From Balanoglossus misakiensis (Eukaryota > Animalia > Hemichordata), in contig CM082587.2 of NCBI GenBank assembly GCA_040954595.2, forward strand, positions 8,871,403-8,935,402: DNA of 64,000 bases, read 5' to 3'. The number at the start of each line of letters is the position of its first letter. The stretch's first letter is position 1. Below the pieces are notes generated by a model that did not search any database, was not told the DNA's origin, and saw nothing but the letters and a program-made list of their open reading frames with translations. Of the stretch, positions 39,401 to 54,525 are shown one piece after another. The position numbers and the translations under genes are program-made.

Positions 39401-42400
39401 GTCATAGACAATCAATATAAGAAATGTGATGACAATTCTCCGTTGTATCTGTTCATCACATCAGCCTAGAGGTGAAGATACGCACTCAATCACAACCAAA
39501 TATTTGACACCTTGTTAGATGTATAGGATCATTTCCAACATCTGATTCGTTTGAGGAGACTACTATTTCCAATCTGCTAAGTAAACAAAATAATGCCAAT
39601 TTAGGAGCACGGATGAAATTACTGTTTCGTGAAGAAGAGTCCTCAATAATTTTAAATTAGAATCAAACAATTTGTATAGTGACATATACCGATACTTGCA
39701 ATGTGCAAATTTAAGTACATTAGAAAACGTTATTTTAGATAATCATTGTTGAGTGGATTCTGTACCTTGTGTCCCCATACAGATACAAAGTGGACGATGA
39801 CATATCTACATGGTTAAAGATCTGATTGGTACTTATGTAAAGTTTGTTGACTTCTTGGTGACAATTATTCGTCTCTTGTGCTTTCAAACAAGTATACATG
39901 TAGTACATACAGTAACACACGCCAAAATATTACCCATGCCGCTATAGTACAAAGCAGTCAGAACCTATAGCATTCCATTTGACTGTCGAGTATGTAGATG
40001 TACACGTGACATCCATACTTAACCACATTATTGAACGCCCTTTCATTTTTGTCTTTTCTCTAAATTCGTCATGCATCACTTCAAGTTATTTCCTTTTCAT
40101 TAATATAAACCTGACTTCTATTATAACTCTGCGTCGGTTGATTTTAATAGCAACCAGTAAATATACGTTTTGTCAATCACACCCTCTATATGTCAATCAC
40201 CTTAATGAATGAATGAATACAATAAACATGATACGGTAAAATAACTGATACGTAACTTTGACATAATCGCGCGCCAGACACGCCATTTCTCACAGATAAC
40301 AACAGACGCGATGCGATTCAGTTTGTATTTTCATCCTATCTCCAAGGAACATTTTGAAACTCCGTATATGCATCTGTATTAGATGGTTCCGTATACGTAT
40401 TCAATGAAATGCCGAATAATGTTAAAGTTTAGCTCACAGCGTGTTATTGTTTCTTTTGGACATATGTGAACATATTTTATGAGCTGTTTCCGTTCGTCTG
40501 AGACAGTGAAGTATGTGCAGTATATTGTCACCACCAAAGCACTCATATGTAGATTATGCAAAACTTGGCATCAAACAGTATATGAACGGATGAATGCAGA
40601 TACCCTTAACATTGTGACCTGCAACTGCATTTAATTCAAAGAACGGTGCTGATCATGAAAGTGAATGATACACGCACGCTCGCACACGCGCGCGCGCACA
40701 CACATACATACAGACAGACTGGCGAACAAACAAACGATTAAACAAACGGATAAAAGTAGTGGTTTTAAGAGGACTGCAGTTATTATCTGTTATACACGGA
40801 CGTCTTGCTCTTTAATAAATATTCCCAATTCATGAAAGATAGAGTAGAAAAATTCAAAATTTAAAGTGGTGCTTTGCACCGGTTCGGATACTTTCGTGGC
40901 TACTTCGGTATTCGATATTACCAAAATAGGTTACATATTTCAACGCATGGTTAAATCTTGATGTGATGCAATGACTTCCTTTAATATCCATAAACTGTCA
41001 TTGTGCCCTATAAAATATAGCTTTTGATAACATAGGTGGCTTAAACCTTAAAAGGAAAGTGTTACATTCATTTCCATTACGGATTAACTGTTGAATTTTT
41101 TATAGCAAAGGCCGTGCACATCAATGCCATTGAAGGGATTAATGAGTTTTGCCGCGGCAGAGTAAACGTGTCGAGGATGGGCGATAGGCAAATGCAACTC
41201 ATCAATATGTCATCGATAATAGGTTTGGTGGAGACGATGACTGTACTGAAAGAGTCCACAGGGAAGGTCTTTAAACAGAGTCAGATTGACTGAATGGAAA
41301 TGAGAATAAAAGAAGATTCTTCTGTCTATCGTCTGCCTGCATGTTTTGGCGGGACTAGAGCTAAATAATGGAACATTGATAGTCCTGGATGGACCTAACG
41401 CACAGCTCTCGAGCTAATCCATTTTAATAGGATCTCTCTGTATTCAGTTGTGGTAGACCATAGATAATCTCTCTCTACTTCAATCACAACTGTTGGTGTC
41501 GATTGGACGCCGCTTAGATAATGAGAAATAAAAACGACTTCTTTTTTTGATTATCCAAATAATGAAAAATTCAATAGAGATATTCAATAGTTCCACAATT
41601 ATTACAAGATTTGTTTGTTTTTTTACTTACGGTAGTACTACGATGTACCATGACCACGAAGAAAGCTTGCACGAGATGAGCTGCCGTGAATGTCTTCATA
41701 TTTCAGGATGATCTGTTTTCTTTGGTGTATTCTTCAATAGAGAGGTATGTTTTCCAAAAAGCAGTCAACATGCCAATATCACCACTTTCAGCAGACCTCC
41801 AGTGAAGCTTTACAAGTTATTCGAACATTATTACAGACGTGACTGGACCAATCTAGAAACAGTAATAAGATAAAGGTCAGAAATTGGTTTCCACTGAAAG
41901 GCTTCGGGTCGTCAACGAGGTTTCCCGCCAAATATTACGAAAACTAGATTGCTGTTTAAGAGTGTGATACAGTGATTCTTCTCTCAGAGTGACAAATGTT
42001 CGAAGTACTATTAAAGAAGAAAATTGGCGTTGCAGTGAGATGTTTTGCGAATAGTTTTGTGATTGAAAACGTGATTCGGGCTCTGACCATATGCAGCCTG
42101 GTTCGCAATGAATTCAACAGAACATCATATAGTCAGATAGTAAGTGTAAGTAAAACGTCCTTTGAAAATTTCGGGTCACGATAAAACTCAGATTCTATGA
42201 CCCACAAAACAATATTTACATCTAAAATTTCACAAAAATATGTTTCATCCTAATGTGTAAACTTTTGCCACGAATGTTGAAAGGAGAAACCAATATGTCT
42301 GACAACAGAATGTTCTGTGAGATGGCGGTGATGACAGTTTGCTTCTGTACAATATCAGTCACTTGATTTGTGTACCAATAGATCAACCATAGATCACCAT

Positions 42401-42429
42401 ACTTTTAGACTGCGGTAAGTTTAATAACA

Positions 42430-42660
42430 ACATTGTCGTATACAGTCCCCATTCATTGTTACGTCAAGATTTCCGGAGGTAGGCGAATAGTACCTCGCGT
42501 TCGTGAACCAGATTTCATGCACGTCGTATTTTCTGTAGATCTTTACCATTACACACAATCCGTCATCGAACACCATTGTCACTCCCTCGAGAGACGGGTT
42601 ACACATATGAACTGCAGTTTTGGCTCCCCATCGTTCGCCCCATGCAGATTTTCAACGAAG
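42430..42660 (-). pseudogene. Possible L1/Tx1 apurinic endonuclease remnant
   Basis: Frame KSAWGERWGAKTAVHMCNPSLEGVTMVFDDGL...EIWFTNARYYSPT...VTMNGDC loosely follows the W..EWG......S.GV.ILF / N.YAPT / GGDFN motif order. Confidence 0.4.
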
Positions 42661-43949
42661 AGGGTTTTTTTGATAATTTTTAACCCCTACTATTCAAAGA
42701 CTCGGTTAATTGACAAGTCACATCTCAGCTTAATTATGATTGGTCTCGTTTAATATGTTACCTTTGGCAACATCCATAGACTTAAGTACTTGTTGTGTAT
42801 GCGTTGGAAGGAAATAGTCTTGAGAACAATATTATTACAGAGTATATGACCGAATCATACACCGAGTTAAGTGACGTGGGTCCGCGAGGTTTTGCACCAA
42901 AATGGGGGAAGGGGTTGGCCTATTATCTCTCTGCAATCATAACCCAAATGGCAACATTGGTGGGTTTTTACTGATATAGATCTTATGAAAGGACATCGGG
43001 CCTACATCCGATAACTTGCATTCTTTAATGACATGGGCTCAAGAGCATTTCTTTCAAAAAGACATACACCAAAAGCAAATGATCTATATATGTTCTCATT
43101 TTACCTCTATCTATTGGAACGCGCGTTTGAAAGAATATTCGACATCTAACCATAACCCCTCCCCCTTCCCAGCCACGGGCAAGTATATCACGAGATGTTA
43201 CGCACTTCACAGGCATGGATTTTGTTTAGATTCTACATCCGGAGGAGTAGTTATTTGTTCAATGCCAAACTCATTGCTGTAGCAATCATGTTATATTTTA
43301 CCTTTGCCAATCGTGTCTACCTTTGCCAATCTTCCCAAGAAGAGCAACACAATGGAACTGTAAAAACTGTTCGATACAAGGTCAAGTGTGTTTGATTGTG
43401 GACATGGGGTTTGCAGTGTATAAAATGCAAAGAGGGAATCAACAGTTAGAAAACAACGCGATAGAAAGACTTACAAAAACGGGTTAATGGCACCCTAGCG
43501 TACACAATCATCCAACATCGTTTCTCAGGTCGTGGTTATCAACACAGCTCTTGCTCCTAGCAAGTTCAACTGGGTAAGTCTATTGGATTCCAATATTCCA
43601 TTTGTCCAATAATCCACTTACATTCCAAATCTCATCACATGGCCATTGGCCGACTATATTCATCTCTTCGATACTATTGGTGTTGTACTTCGTGAAATGT
43701 GGATTGCAATAATGGGAGTGAAACTAAAGCAAGAGGAGCTGTGGAGTATAAAATATTTATTTTGCAATGCGTTGTGTAACGTAATTTTTAGACAAATACG
43801 ATATGTTTACATTTGAAAGAGAATCGTTTGATTGTCTAAGTGTGCGTGGGATATTTAGCTCTACTTGCCGCCATTTGCGGAAAAAAACATGTGTTATATC
43901 AGCGGTTGAACATCTTCTTTCAGCGGCCATGTTGAAGACCGTCGGGATA

Positions 43950-44025
43950 TAGTTGTTTTCCCAGTCCCTCTTCTCGGGGCGGAAGTGCAACAACCCCCAG
44001 CAGAGGGGCTGGGTCACCAAGACTA
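43950..44025. repeat. Short imperfect palindromic element (possible tiny MITE)
   Basis: tagttgttttCCCAGTCCCTCT ... AGAGGGGCTGGGtcaccaagacta, bounded by TA. Confidence 0.4.
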
Positions 44026-46693
44026 ACTCCAGACCGGACTTACTCTGTCGCTAAATCGTCCATGTTACATTCCATCTACCAGTGACAGTTTATATGAATA
44101 AAACGATTCCGTTACATTGATTGACACATCAGAGGGACAGAATAATAGCTATATCCCTCGATATATCCATGCTTCAAAACTAGAGACGTAGAGGATTCTC
44201 TCAAGCGTTATCAGAAGATTGCTTCATCAGTCGAAGTTTACAAATAGCCCGTTGTCGAAATGACATCGATCCGACACTCCCGAAGTCGCCTGATGTCAAG
44301 ATAATAAGCTATAACATTGCAGCCCAGTGTTGTCAAGGGACCCATCGAGCCGGGAAAACACGAATGGCCAGTGCTGGAATATAATTCACAGGTTTTCTGG
44401 ATGTTAGACCTGTACCATGCGACTCTTTATGACGTTTTGAGCACACAATGGAAAGACTAGGACACATTTGTACGAATCCCGTCCAATCGTGTCTTTTCTG
44501 AAATTAGGTTATTTCATCCAGACAATATAACACTAGTGGTCATTTAAAAAATAGAAAATGTCCTGCTGTGTGGATGAGATGACATCGATAATACTCTCCA
44601 CGCACTAACATGGTAATGCCCGAATATATTACAACTGCAAAAATGTCACCACTGGAAGATATTCATAACCAATTAAAACCTAAGTAAATAGAATGTGTAC
44701 CGATCATTTAGTGCCATACGCATGTAGGATCATTCATTTGTTCAATCTGTACAAGCGACACAGACTTGATAGAGTTTACAGAAGTATACGGTTAAATGTG
44801 AAGTACTGGCGATTTACATCCTGATTCTGTGTGAGTAGTAATTGCTACTCTTCGCAATGGTTGTTCTTTTTGTTGACTAAGGCAGAAAAGCGATGTTAGA
44901 AGAGGTCTGTAGCAAACCATATAATACAGCCGATGGTCTCACGCTATGTATTTGAAAAGTTTTGGGCTTTCTGGGTATTTTGCAATTTTAAAATCAATGT
45001 CAGCCACTCCTTAGATAGCTCCGACGCTGTTAAGTCTGATTAAAGCAACAAATGGTAACAAGTCATCCGATCAATTCTACATGACTATTTATGGCAAATG
45101 CACGAGAGGAAAGCTCAACAACAATAGGCCGAGGCGTAGCCGAGCCTTCCCCGCGCTCCACCCCATAATAAACGACAATGGTCACTATGAAACTCATTAT
45201 TTTCTGTTACAATAGAAATATAACCACATCAAATCCACAATTTAATTTCAAGATTTTGGAGTACGAGAATTTTGGCTTGCCGGGAATATGGACAAGCACA
45301 ATTCATTTACAGTTTTGGTACAGGGGGGTGGGGAGGGAAGGGGGCTAGGGAACTGGTGAAACGACAATCATCCAAGAAGTATGCATGTACTTGCAACGGA
45401 TCACTTGCAATGTGTGGATTGACCACAGCAGATTCACCCAATGAAATGGAAATCATGATTAGACTGCAGACGCTTATACACGGTGCATAGTGAAATGATA
45501 CACTGTGTGGTGAAAATATGACATTGTGTGTATATAACGGATAATGGACTGCATGTTGCTTGGTGACATGGACACCAATTAAGGCAAGTACGTTCCTATA
45601 GTGTAAGGTCTGTAAGAGTAATACATTAAATTTGATGCACAGTCGACCTCTCTGTGAGTGCCAGCGTTCCTTTGTGGCGGTGAACAAAGATGTGTGAGAG
45701 TGAACGGCGAGTGATGGAATTTAACCGCAGTCAGACTTAGTTTTCCCGCGTAACCGATAACTCAAGGGTAAGCAGACAACCAGTAGGCAGTTACACAAAC
45801 TAAGTGAAATGCGCGCTGAACACGCAACACAAAAATCCATCAAATTTAAGAGGAAACGCGGTGCCTTACCGACGCCAAGGTGATAAAATACTGCATCTGT
45901 CACTGTAGGCAGAAAGTTCCAATTTTTCACTGGCACTTTATGTATTGATGCCTTAATTATCAGTCCGCTTACCACTCGTCTATTTGAAATTAGATGAAGT
46001 CTGATGAGAGATCACGTTCCACATGCATTTCGCAACTGCTGTTGGTCACTTATTTGTTAGCGATCATGCAATCTTGTTAGCAATGCTCCGTGAGATGGTC
46101 ATTATATTGTTCTTGCTGTTCAACTGATTATTCAGTATAAGTTAGTGCCTGACATTGTCTACTTATTTTCTTTCGCTGACTTCTAGTGACGAACTACATG
46201 TGAACCCTTTTCTGAAAACTTTCATTGAAAATATGCAACTTGACAGTAAATTTGCATGAAACTCTTTAATTTTGCATGCAATATATTTGCAGGCTCAATA
46301 CACTATACGTTAACTAGCTAGAAGTGATTTGTGTTTATTACGACTTTTATTGAGTGGCTGATTTACTTAAACGAGTATATTCTTCGAGGCTTTACATAAC
46401 ATCATGTCACTCAATCAAGAAATAATGGATGTATTGTGGGAAATATAAATAATAAGTTATACAAATAAATTACAAAGTTTCTGTTCCAAAATACTGTTGG
46501 GATAACTTTTGCAAAATAAGCATTATTCTGGCACTGTAACATTGCACGAATGTTTTGAAGATCTCTTTGAAAAACCAATGAATAGCTGCAATGTGAAACT
46601 ACAAGCTCTGCAGATCGGTATTTTCCCCACAAGGTACAGGTGTGCAGCTGGTACACACGTGTAAGACTGGATTTTCAAATTAGTCTCCCCTTT

Positions 46694-46863
46694 ATGACGC
46701 AATTTTCTGTCTCAGTCGCCATTGTTCTTCTGGCCATTACTTTGGGTCTCGCCTCTGTTTCACCTTCTCCACCGGCATGTTATGCTGATGAAGTTGCCAA
46801 TGTTTTTCACAGCAAGTACATGATAGTCTTCTCTATCGACTCCTTGAAACGTCACAAACCGAG
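46694..46863 (+). CDS. Putative first coding exon of a secreted protein
   Basis: ATG at 46694, then MTQFSVSVAIVLLAITLGLASVSPSPPACYADEVANVFHSKYMIVFSIDSLKRHKP(R) with a signal-peptide-like hydrophobic N-terminus, ending at a consensus donor GAG|gtaaga (46864). No downstream exon identified. Confidence 0.38.
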
Positions 46864-47629
46864 GTAAGATGCGCTCTTTTTGTTTATACAATTTTCTTTA
46901 TGCACAGCGGAATTCTCATCCCGCCGAATTCCGAAATCTGAATTTATCACAAGTTGAATGGTATAAGTAATGACGCGGCACTTTCTGTTCAGGGCAATAT
47001 GGCCGCCGTTAAGTCATAAAAAATTCCAGATATGTTTGACCAGTTACACTATCCGCTCAGTTCCAATCTCAAATAACTACTGAAGAAATCATGAAGGCAT
47101 GTAACAGTGAATACATCTGTAATTGTGAATGTGCTGAAGTTTGAATTTTAACTGTAAGATTTCATTGAACTTCTTGACGTTGAAAATTATTTTTCTTCAT
47201 TCCGAACTCTTACTAATGTATCGCGTATCGTGACGTATTCATTACACGTGTTGTATGTAACTTAGTGCTGGACACGGCATTTATGACGTGAACAACTAAA
47301 TTTTAGGGGTAATTATTCGCGCATATATGGACGAGAACAAAGAATGTGGTAAAAAAGCGGTAAAAATCATGATATAACTGGATGAAATGCCATAAAGCTC
47401 CAGCAAAAAAAGAAAACGTCAAATGAAAAGGAATTAAAATCGAAAAGGATAAACTTACAAAGGAATTACAATAAAAATGGTTGAACTTACAAAGTTGACG
47501 CGTCGAAAACACAGAGTATCTGGGCGTCAGTGAATGGAGAATGATGGGAAAAGACCCCCTAGAAAAGAAATGACGGAGGCGGAGGGACACCCTATAAGCG
47601 AGTAAAATTCGTGATGGAACAATCACCAG

Positions 47630-48250
47630 GGTTGTTTTTTCATTGTTAAGTTTATTGGGTGAAGGAATGTCAAGGACACTAATAATTTTCAATTTCATTT
47701 GTTTTCTAACAATGTCTTTCTTGCAATGCACCTTGCAGATACCGGCGATTGGAATTGGTCGGTATTGTGGTCTCCGTTGTTGAAGTGTTGTGCTATCACT
47801 GTGGGTTTAGTATATTTTTATACTGTAATATATGTTCGTATATGCGTGTGCGTATAGCTGTCGCTGTCGCTTCGTTTCCCCGACGTATAATAGATTGCAT
47901 TTCGTACATGTGATGATGTATATTAGGTTGTGGGTGTTGCAGTTCCTGTGGCCGTTCATCTTGTATAATATTTCTTCGTGTGCTGATTGAGGATCTCTGA
48001 ATTTGCTGGTGTTAAACATAAACTTGTAATATTGGCATTTGCTGCATGGGGTGCTGTGGCTGTCCTGTTTGTCGTTGTTTGTTCGTTGAAGTTTAGATTT
48101 GACTGAGATTGGCCGCCTGGCGGGTGATGAAGTGATTGTTACCTTGGTTGACTGGTTTGCTTGTAGAATGTGCCAGTGTTTTTTTCACGATGGTAGAGAT
48201 ACTTGGTAGTTCTGGATGGTGCGTGAGGAGTAGGGGAATCCTAGTCTTTT
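47630..48250 (-). pseudogene. Penelope-like retroelement 3' remnant: RT-EN linker and GIY-YIG endonuclease
   Basis: Minus strand: IPLLLTHHPELPSISTIVK./HWHILQAN, then TPCSKCQYYKF, then NCNTHNLIYIITCTKCNLLYVGETKR (GIY-YIG), then IAQHFNNGDH, then RKQMKLKIISVLDIPSPNKLN. This is the canonical C-terminal EN order. Confidence 0.85.
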
Positions 48251-51216
48251 GCGAGGTCGCCACGATTTAAAATACCGGACCTGGCATCATTGTGACAAAC
48301 CTAATAAACATCACGAATTGCAGATAGGCCAGGTGCTATCATTTTACTCACAAATTATGAAGAATGTGTGTGAAACGCTATTTGACAAGTTGTGTATTTG
48401 TATACAAGTTTAATTAAATCAGCATGACAAATTTAATAACTGGAAATATTGCCGATCAGCTGTATTTAACCAAGTCAACGCAAGTAGGGCCTATGCATAC
48501 TGTACGTATTGTACAGAAAACTCAACTCGAAATTCATGATGCAGATGTTTTGAAACTACTCAGACTTGAAGTGAACTGACGTTTCTGTCATTTGTCACTG
48601 CATGCCACTATGCGACACTCCATAAATCTCTATTTCAAGCGAAAACGGAAGTTCTTTAATCAAACTAATTATATCTTACAATAAGCAGTTACACGGGATT
48701 TTTCCAACGAAACGTCAATTAGACCCGAGACGAACCGAATATTTTAGTGATACAGCACTTTGAAAGCTGACAATCGTTCAGCTTATCTGACTTTTGGCAC
48801 GATACTATGGCAGCCGACAACCGACGCTTCCCTCACTAACTGCCCCCCCCCCCCCCCCCCCCACACACACACAAAACCACATTGTCGGCCTCTATCCATT
48901 TAAAACTCGGAAGGGAGCCAGGAAGTGAATCCTCTCAGGTAACAGCGCAAATCATGTGATCCAACCCGTCTTCCACACACTCTCTCTTTATATCAATCAT
49001 ATAAGCCAGCTTCGCAGCAGTCAAAAATATTGCACTAATTAGAACACTTTGATATTTGCAGTTTATTGATTAGAAACTGCAATGTGCCTTTAATAACTGT
49101 ATACTACATGCCGAATTTAGAGGGGCAATTTTCAATCCCTGGTTCTCGCATTAAATCTTGTTGACAATTGACTGTTTGTGTGGTACAAACCTTTTGTTTT
49201 CCATTGAAATCTTTATCAAGTTAATACGTTTGCTTTTAGATAAAGCTGATAAGGAAGGTGTGCCTTTAAGGTATCATGTCAGCTGACAACGACAGCTCAT
49301 GAATATAAATGCGCATCTTAGGAGACGAGGAGAAACTCCAAGTATGATACGGCCATGAGGATAGGCAAAGGCAACAGCAGTTCCGAATTATAATCAACGT
49401 AATCGAAGTCCTTGAAAAACACAGGCAGGGCACTCCTGAACATTCGCCAAGGTTTAACCAGCCTCTCTGGCATTTAACACAATTCTGCATATTACTCTCC
49501 ATGCTCACTCATGACGTCATATTATCATGTAAGAAGATTGACGACCAAACGAGATTAGGAATACAATCAGTACAAAATTACTGCATAATCAGTCACAGAA
49601 AATGGTGTTTAACTTTAACTGCTCCAAGTTGGCAACTGCATGCTGTCAAATCACTGATTGATACTTCTGAAAATGTCGAATTCCTTTGGTCACGTGTGAT
49701 AATGTGTGCGACGTATTCCGGTGATCACAACTCAAGTACCCTTCGCCATAATTAAAATAAAATATGTAGCGTGAAAGTCGCATGTTAAAGCTGTTTGCCT
49801 AAGAACGTATTTGTTTGATAGCAAGAAAATGTATCTAGCACGTATAGGAAAGGCTATACACACCATGTAGTCACTTGATGTTAACACAGTGGAAAAGTCA
49901 AAATGGAAGGGCACAAAGTCAACGATGACATTGATCGTCTGATCGTCCTAGTAATGTGGTGATTATGATTACTGAGGGCGGACAGGACTCTGGAGACATA
50001 TCCCGTTCCAAAGTCAATTTGAAATGAGAGGGAAACAGTCGGACAGCCCTGATAGACTCCTCTTGTTATTTTCCAAAACTGTCCTTCATCACGTTCTCGT
50101 CCACAAAAACACCAACAAGACAACACCCTCGTGCACATCTATCTAATCCCCACACCAGCTGTTTACGGACCTATTCTTATCTGCAGTGGTGTTTACAATT
50201 CACTTCTTTATCAACCTATATATACGCAAATTGTTTAATTTAAATATTTACCAACTTGGATTTGGAGAAAAATGACCTAAACTTCGTAAACATCCAACCA
50301 CTCATGTAAGACCTTGAAATGTTGAACTAAAGCTGCGCGAATGGTTGCAGCCAAATAGCTATATTCCTTGAGTTCTTAGATTTACATTCAATCATGAATC
50401 AGCTATCGGCAAAGTAATAAACCACCAAACCACTTTTGATAAGCATATGCCATTTTGCGAATTAGCAAAGAAGTCTGACGTGCTTAATATTCTTGGATAA
50501 TTTGCATTCAGTGGTTGCCTTCTGAGATTTCCACCATTTGGCCAGTCTTCACAAAAAACAACAGTTGTCAGTACGTAGTTGTTTATAGTTCTGCAGTCAA
50601 GGTTTCTTGCAAGCAATCCACGTGATATCCCATGGCGATGCGATGCATGTCACAACAAATTGTTTGTCACATTGTAACAGTTGCAACCTGCAAACGTAAT
50701 AATGTACAAACGCAGTTCCTGAGAATAGAGATCTCCTTAGACTTGACAATATGTAATCGTATAGAGGAATACGTGTATATATCATTTGCCATCGGAACAT
50801 TTATTCATGCATGATTTTCGTGTCACGTTGGATTGCGACAATTGTGTGCACAAGAGTGCTTAATATTCGTGACAAAAGCGTCCGGAAGGTAGGACAATCA
50901 TCAACACTCATTTGCGGGATTCTAACTAGAACCTACCGTGCATTTCTAGAGTCAATGAAGACATCGTACAAAACCACTCAGCTAAATCCCCCCACACCAA
51001 TAGCGAGCGAAACAATGGCTTTGAAACATGTAAGAATGCTGTCACCGAATTCAGGTGGTACTGTGCTCGTATTTGCATGAATTAGTTTGTACATCAGAAA
51101 ATGTTATATCAAATTTGTCTTATTAGCAACAACCTGGCCGATATGGGATATCTATTCTTGTTTTTGATTTTGTTTGTTTTTTGTTTTGGGGTTAGGGGAG
51201 ATTACACGTGATTTAA

Positions 51217-51350
51217 ATATATACGGTCACCTATGCAAATTTAATACAAGTATGGCCAATCGCAGATTGTCAGTGGGTGGCATACGCAAAATTTTTTCGC
51301 CACCTTATGATCATTCGAAGACTTAGGCGCGCCCGTTTGACCATGTATGC
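51217..51350 (-). mobile_element. MITE family C, degenerate copy 3
   Basis: TTAA-atatatacggtcacctatgcaaattt, gccaatc, tcagtgggtggca and cgccaccttatg are the reverse complements of family C blocks. Confidence 0.7.
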
Positions 51351-54300
51351 GTTATATTTAAAGGTTCGTTCTGAGAGAGGATAGCATTTCACATGTCCCC
51401 TCTTGGGTCGAGAATTTACCATCTTGAATTTGGCCAAAAGTTTCGCCAATAGCTTACCTTAAGTGCAAAATCACCTCTGAGTTCAAACATTATTATGGTT
51501 GGGGTTACTAATGTACAACAGAGAACGGAAATCAATGTAGTCAGACTCAGGTCTGTTAAAGATTCTCTGTTTAATTTGACTAAACACGAGCACTCCATGT
51601 GACTAGAGTGTCTTGACACTTTCAGTCATAGGATTGCATGACGGAGATTTTTCTTTGGCCATATCTTCAATAATTCGCTACGCCTGTCACTAAAACAGTT
51701 CTTCCTATTCGAAAATAGAACCTGTGAACCAAAGCTGATCGAAGTCTGATAAGTGGTTCCTGGGATATAGTTCGAAGAGACAGACAGACAGACAGACTGA
51801 CAGACAAACACACGTACAGAGAGAGAGAGAGAGAACTGGCGATGACATTACAATGTACCTCACGTGAGTTTCATTTTAGAGTTTCATGTGGCACCAAACT
51901 CATTATTTTTAACCTAAACAATTTCCCGCCGTGGTAGTGGCATAGTGGCATCTTTTTGTTGTATGGACTTACCAGGTTCACCCCAAACACGGGCCAGTGA
52001 AATGATGATTTTCAATGGACCATCCATCGTGTCATATCTCACCATAGCTTGCCACCACAAAGAACGTCAGCTTTTAATAGATGCATATTTTTCACATAAG
52101 TCACTCAATATTTTTGTATTAGACAGGCAGAATACTTATTTTTTGTGGAATTTGCAAGGAGATCAGTCAAATTTCCGGAAATTCTCAGACCCGCTCACGC
52201 GGTCGTAAATTATCACGCCCCTCTCTTAAGTCACTGCACGCTCTCTCCCGAAATACAAAGAATATGCTCACATCTTTCTTCAAAACTCTAAATCTTATGG
52301 TATCCATGAATTTATATGAATAACGATTCTATAACTTGGAAATTGCTTGAACAGAATTCCTCAAAAGGATGACCTGATACAGTTAAGTGACATAGTCCCA
52401 ATAGAAGGAATAACTAATCGAATAATCAATCAATCAATCAAGTAATTAATTACAATTTGTGTGTTGTAAAATGATAAAGGGATAACATAAGAGAAATAAC
52501 GTGAAGTTGTAGTGAATGGAGATGGCATATATGCAATGATTCACAGGTGTCTGTATCCAGATACTAGTTTGCAATTCGTTTTAGCGTAAAGGTCGTTCTG
52601 CTTGACATACTGTGTCGGTTGGAGTGACTTTTTCCCTCGCACCATTTCATTTCATTTCCGTCGATGGCTTTGTCAACGCATCGCAAGTCACTCTAATGTT
52701 CACACAAACACATAGTTTGATTTCCGTCTTGCTTTTACCGCTGAGTAAACGAACAAACAACAAACACCCATGAAACATAAATGACTTGCCACTTTGCGAT
52801 TGATTGAGAGAGGAACTGTCGGTAAGCTGGAAGAGACATTAAACACGAGGTTATCACCGTTTGATGTGGATTGCAATTTATCACTTTTGTAAACTCATAA
52901 AGTTGGCGACAAGCAATGGATATGCCCAACAAATGCACTTAAGCTGCACCGTCAAAATATGCACGCTACATGCCATGCCACATATCAATATGCTGTACAC
53001 AGCTTCTGCCGCCATAATACGTAAAGCTTTTAAAAACCGTTTTATGGTTTTATTATGTAAACCATATTCGTTTATTGAACAATAAATCGTATGTCATTTT
53101 ATTGTAATAACATTTTTTTCACGAATCTGTCTGGCGGATTGTCTGCATGGTGAAAGGGTTGGGGAATTGCACGCGTCTTGTCATATTTTTATTCAAGAAA
53201 ACAAATTTGCTAGCATAAAAAGTCACATGTTTGTAATTTGACTACAGAAAATAAATTCTGCATGCTTTTCGTGTAACCTAATGGCGGTTATAGTTCCCGC
53301 ACTAGTACAGTCGCGTATACCTATTGTAACATACGGCACGGATCCACCCGCACACGGATACTTAGGCCGGGCTCCATTGTAGCGGAATATCAACTTTTGC
53401 ACCGAGTCTCTTCGGGGTAATTTTGAAACATTATTTAATCGTTTATTTGTTTATTGCCGTAAACTACGGTACCGACCGACAATACGTTTTCAATTATCAG
53501 TAGTCAGATACAGGATAAGACGGTCGGAAACGGAAAATACCTTCATTTTAAAATTAACTATGCCAGTATAAATGTAATACACGCTAGAACTATGTGATTG
53601 ACAAAAACACCATTGGATGCTACTGTGGCATCAATATTATGATGACATCCAGATTGTAACCACCAGAACATAGAGGGCGTTCTCTGACCAAGAAATTGGG
53701 GTCGACCCAAATATGTATTCCTCGTCATAGCCAGAATCAGTCGGAAGATGACATTTACGAAAAGAGGGGTACCCTGTAGGTGTGTAAGGTTAGCGAAAGG
53801 CGCACATCAAAGCTAAGCTGACAGGTTTGATTTCTTATAAAAAGTGCCTGTTTTTGATAATCCACCGAATCTACATTTAACTATATTGGAAGCAATTCGC
53901 GTCGTGTGACTTGAATCACAGTTATACCTTCATGAAAATGATTATCGCAGTTTTCTCCGCTGATAGACGGAGTGCATGCTGTGCATCAAAGCTTTGGAGT
54001 AAACGCGATTTGTTTTGCCGATGGAGATCTTCAAGTTGTTGATTTGACCCTGGGAGAGGGGAATCAATTATTGCACTATAAAAGTGTTATTTTAACCATT
54101 ACCAAATAAAAAATGTAGAGACAGTAACTGTGACACTACGCTTTAAATTTACGAGAATGGATACATATATCCGATGTGCATTGCATGAGTTACATTTCAT
54201 ACCTACAGCGTCAGACATGTATATCGCCTACGGGTAACGAAGAAAATATGTCCTTAAATGGGAAAGTTCACATATGAACCTACAGACAATATTTCAAAGC

Positions 54301-54362
54301 AGTCGGACAGCTGTTGTGTTATGTACATACATACATACAAACCCAGAAATGAACTTAAAAAA

Positions 54363-54525
<163 letters not shown>

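Noticed and set aside
43621-44025. Housekeeping-type promoter (GGGGCGGAAGTG, GCCGCCATTT) and a two-exon start MAAERRC...
   Set aside because: The ETS/GC motif lies inside a small palindromic repeat, the first donor (CAA|gtagag) is weak, and no homology was recognised.
51700-51835. Helentron/DINE-like non-autonomous element suggested by gatatag...(GACA)n
   Set aside because: No subterminal inverted repeats or 3' stem-loop could be located, so the evidence is insufficient to call.
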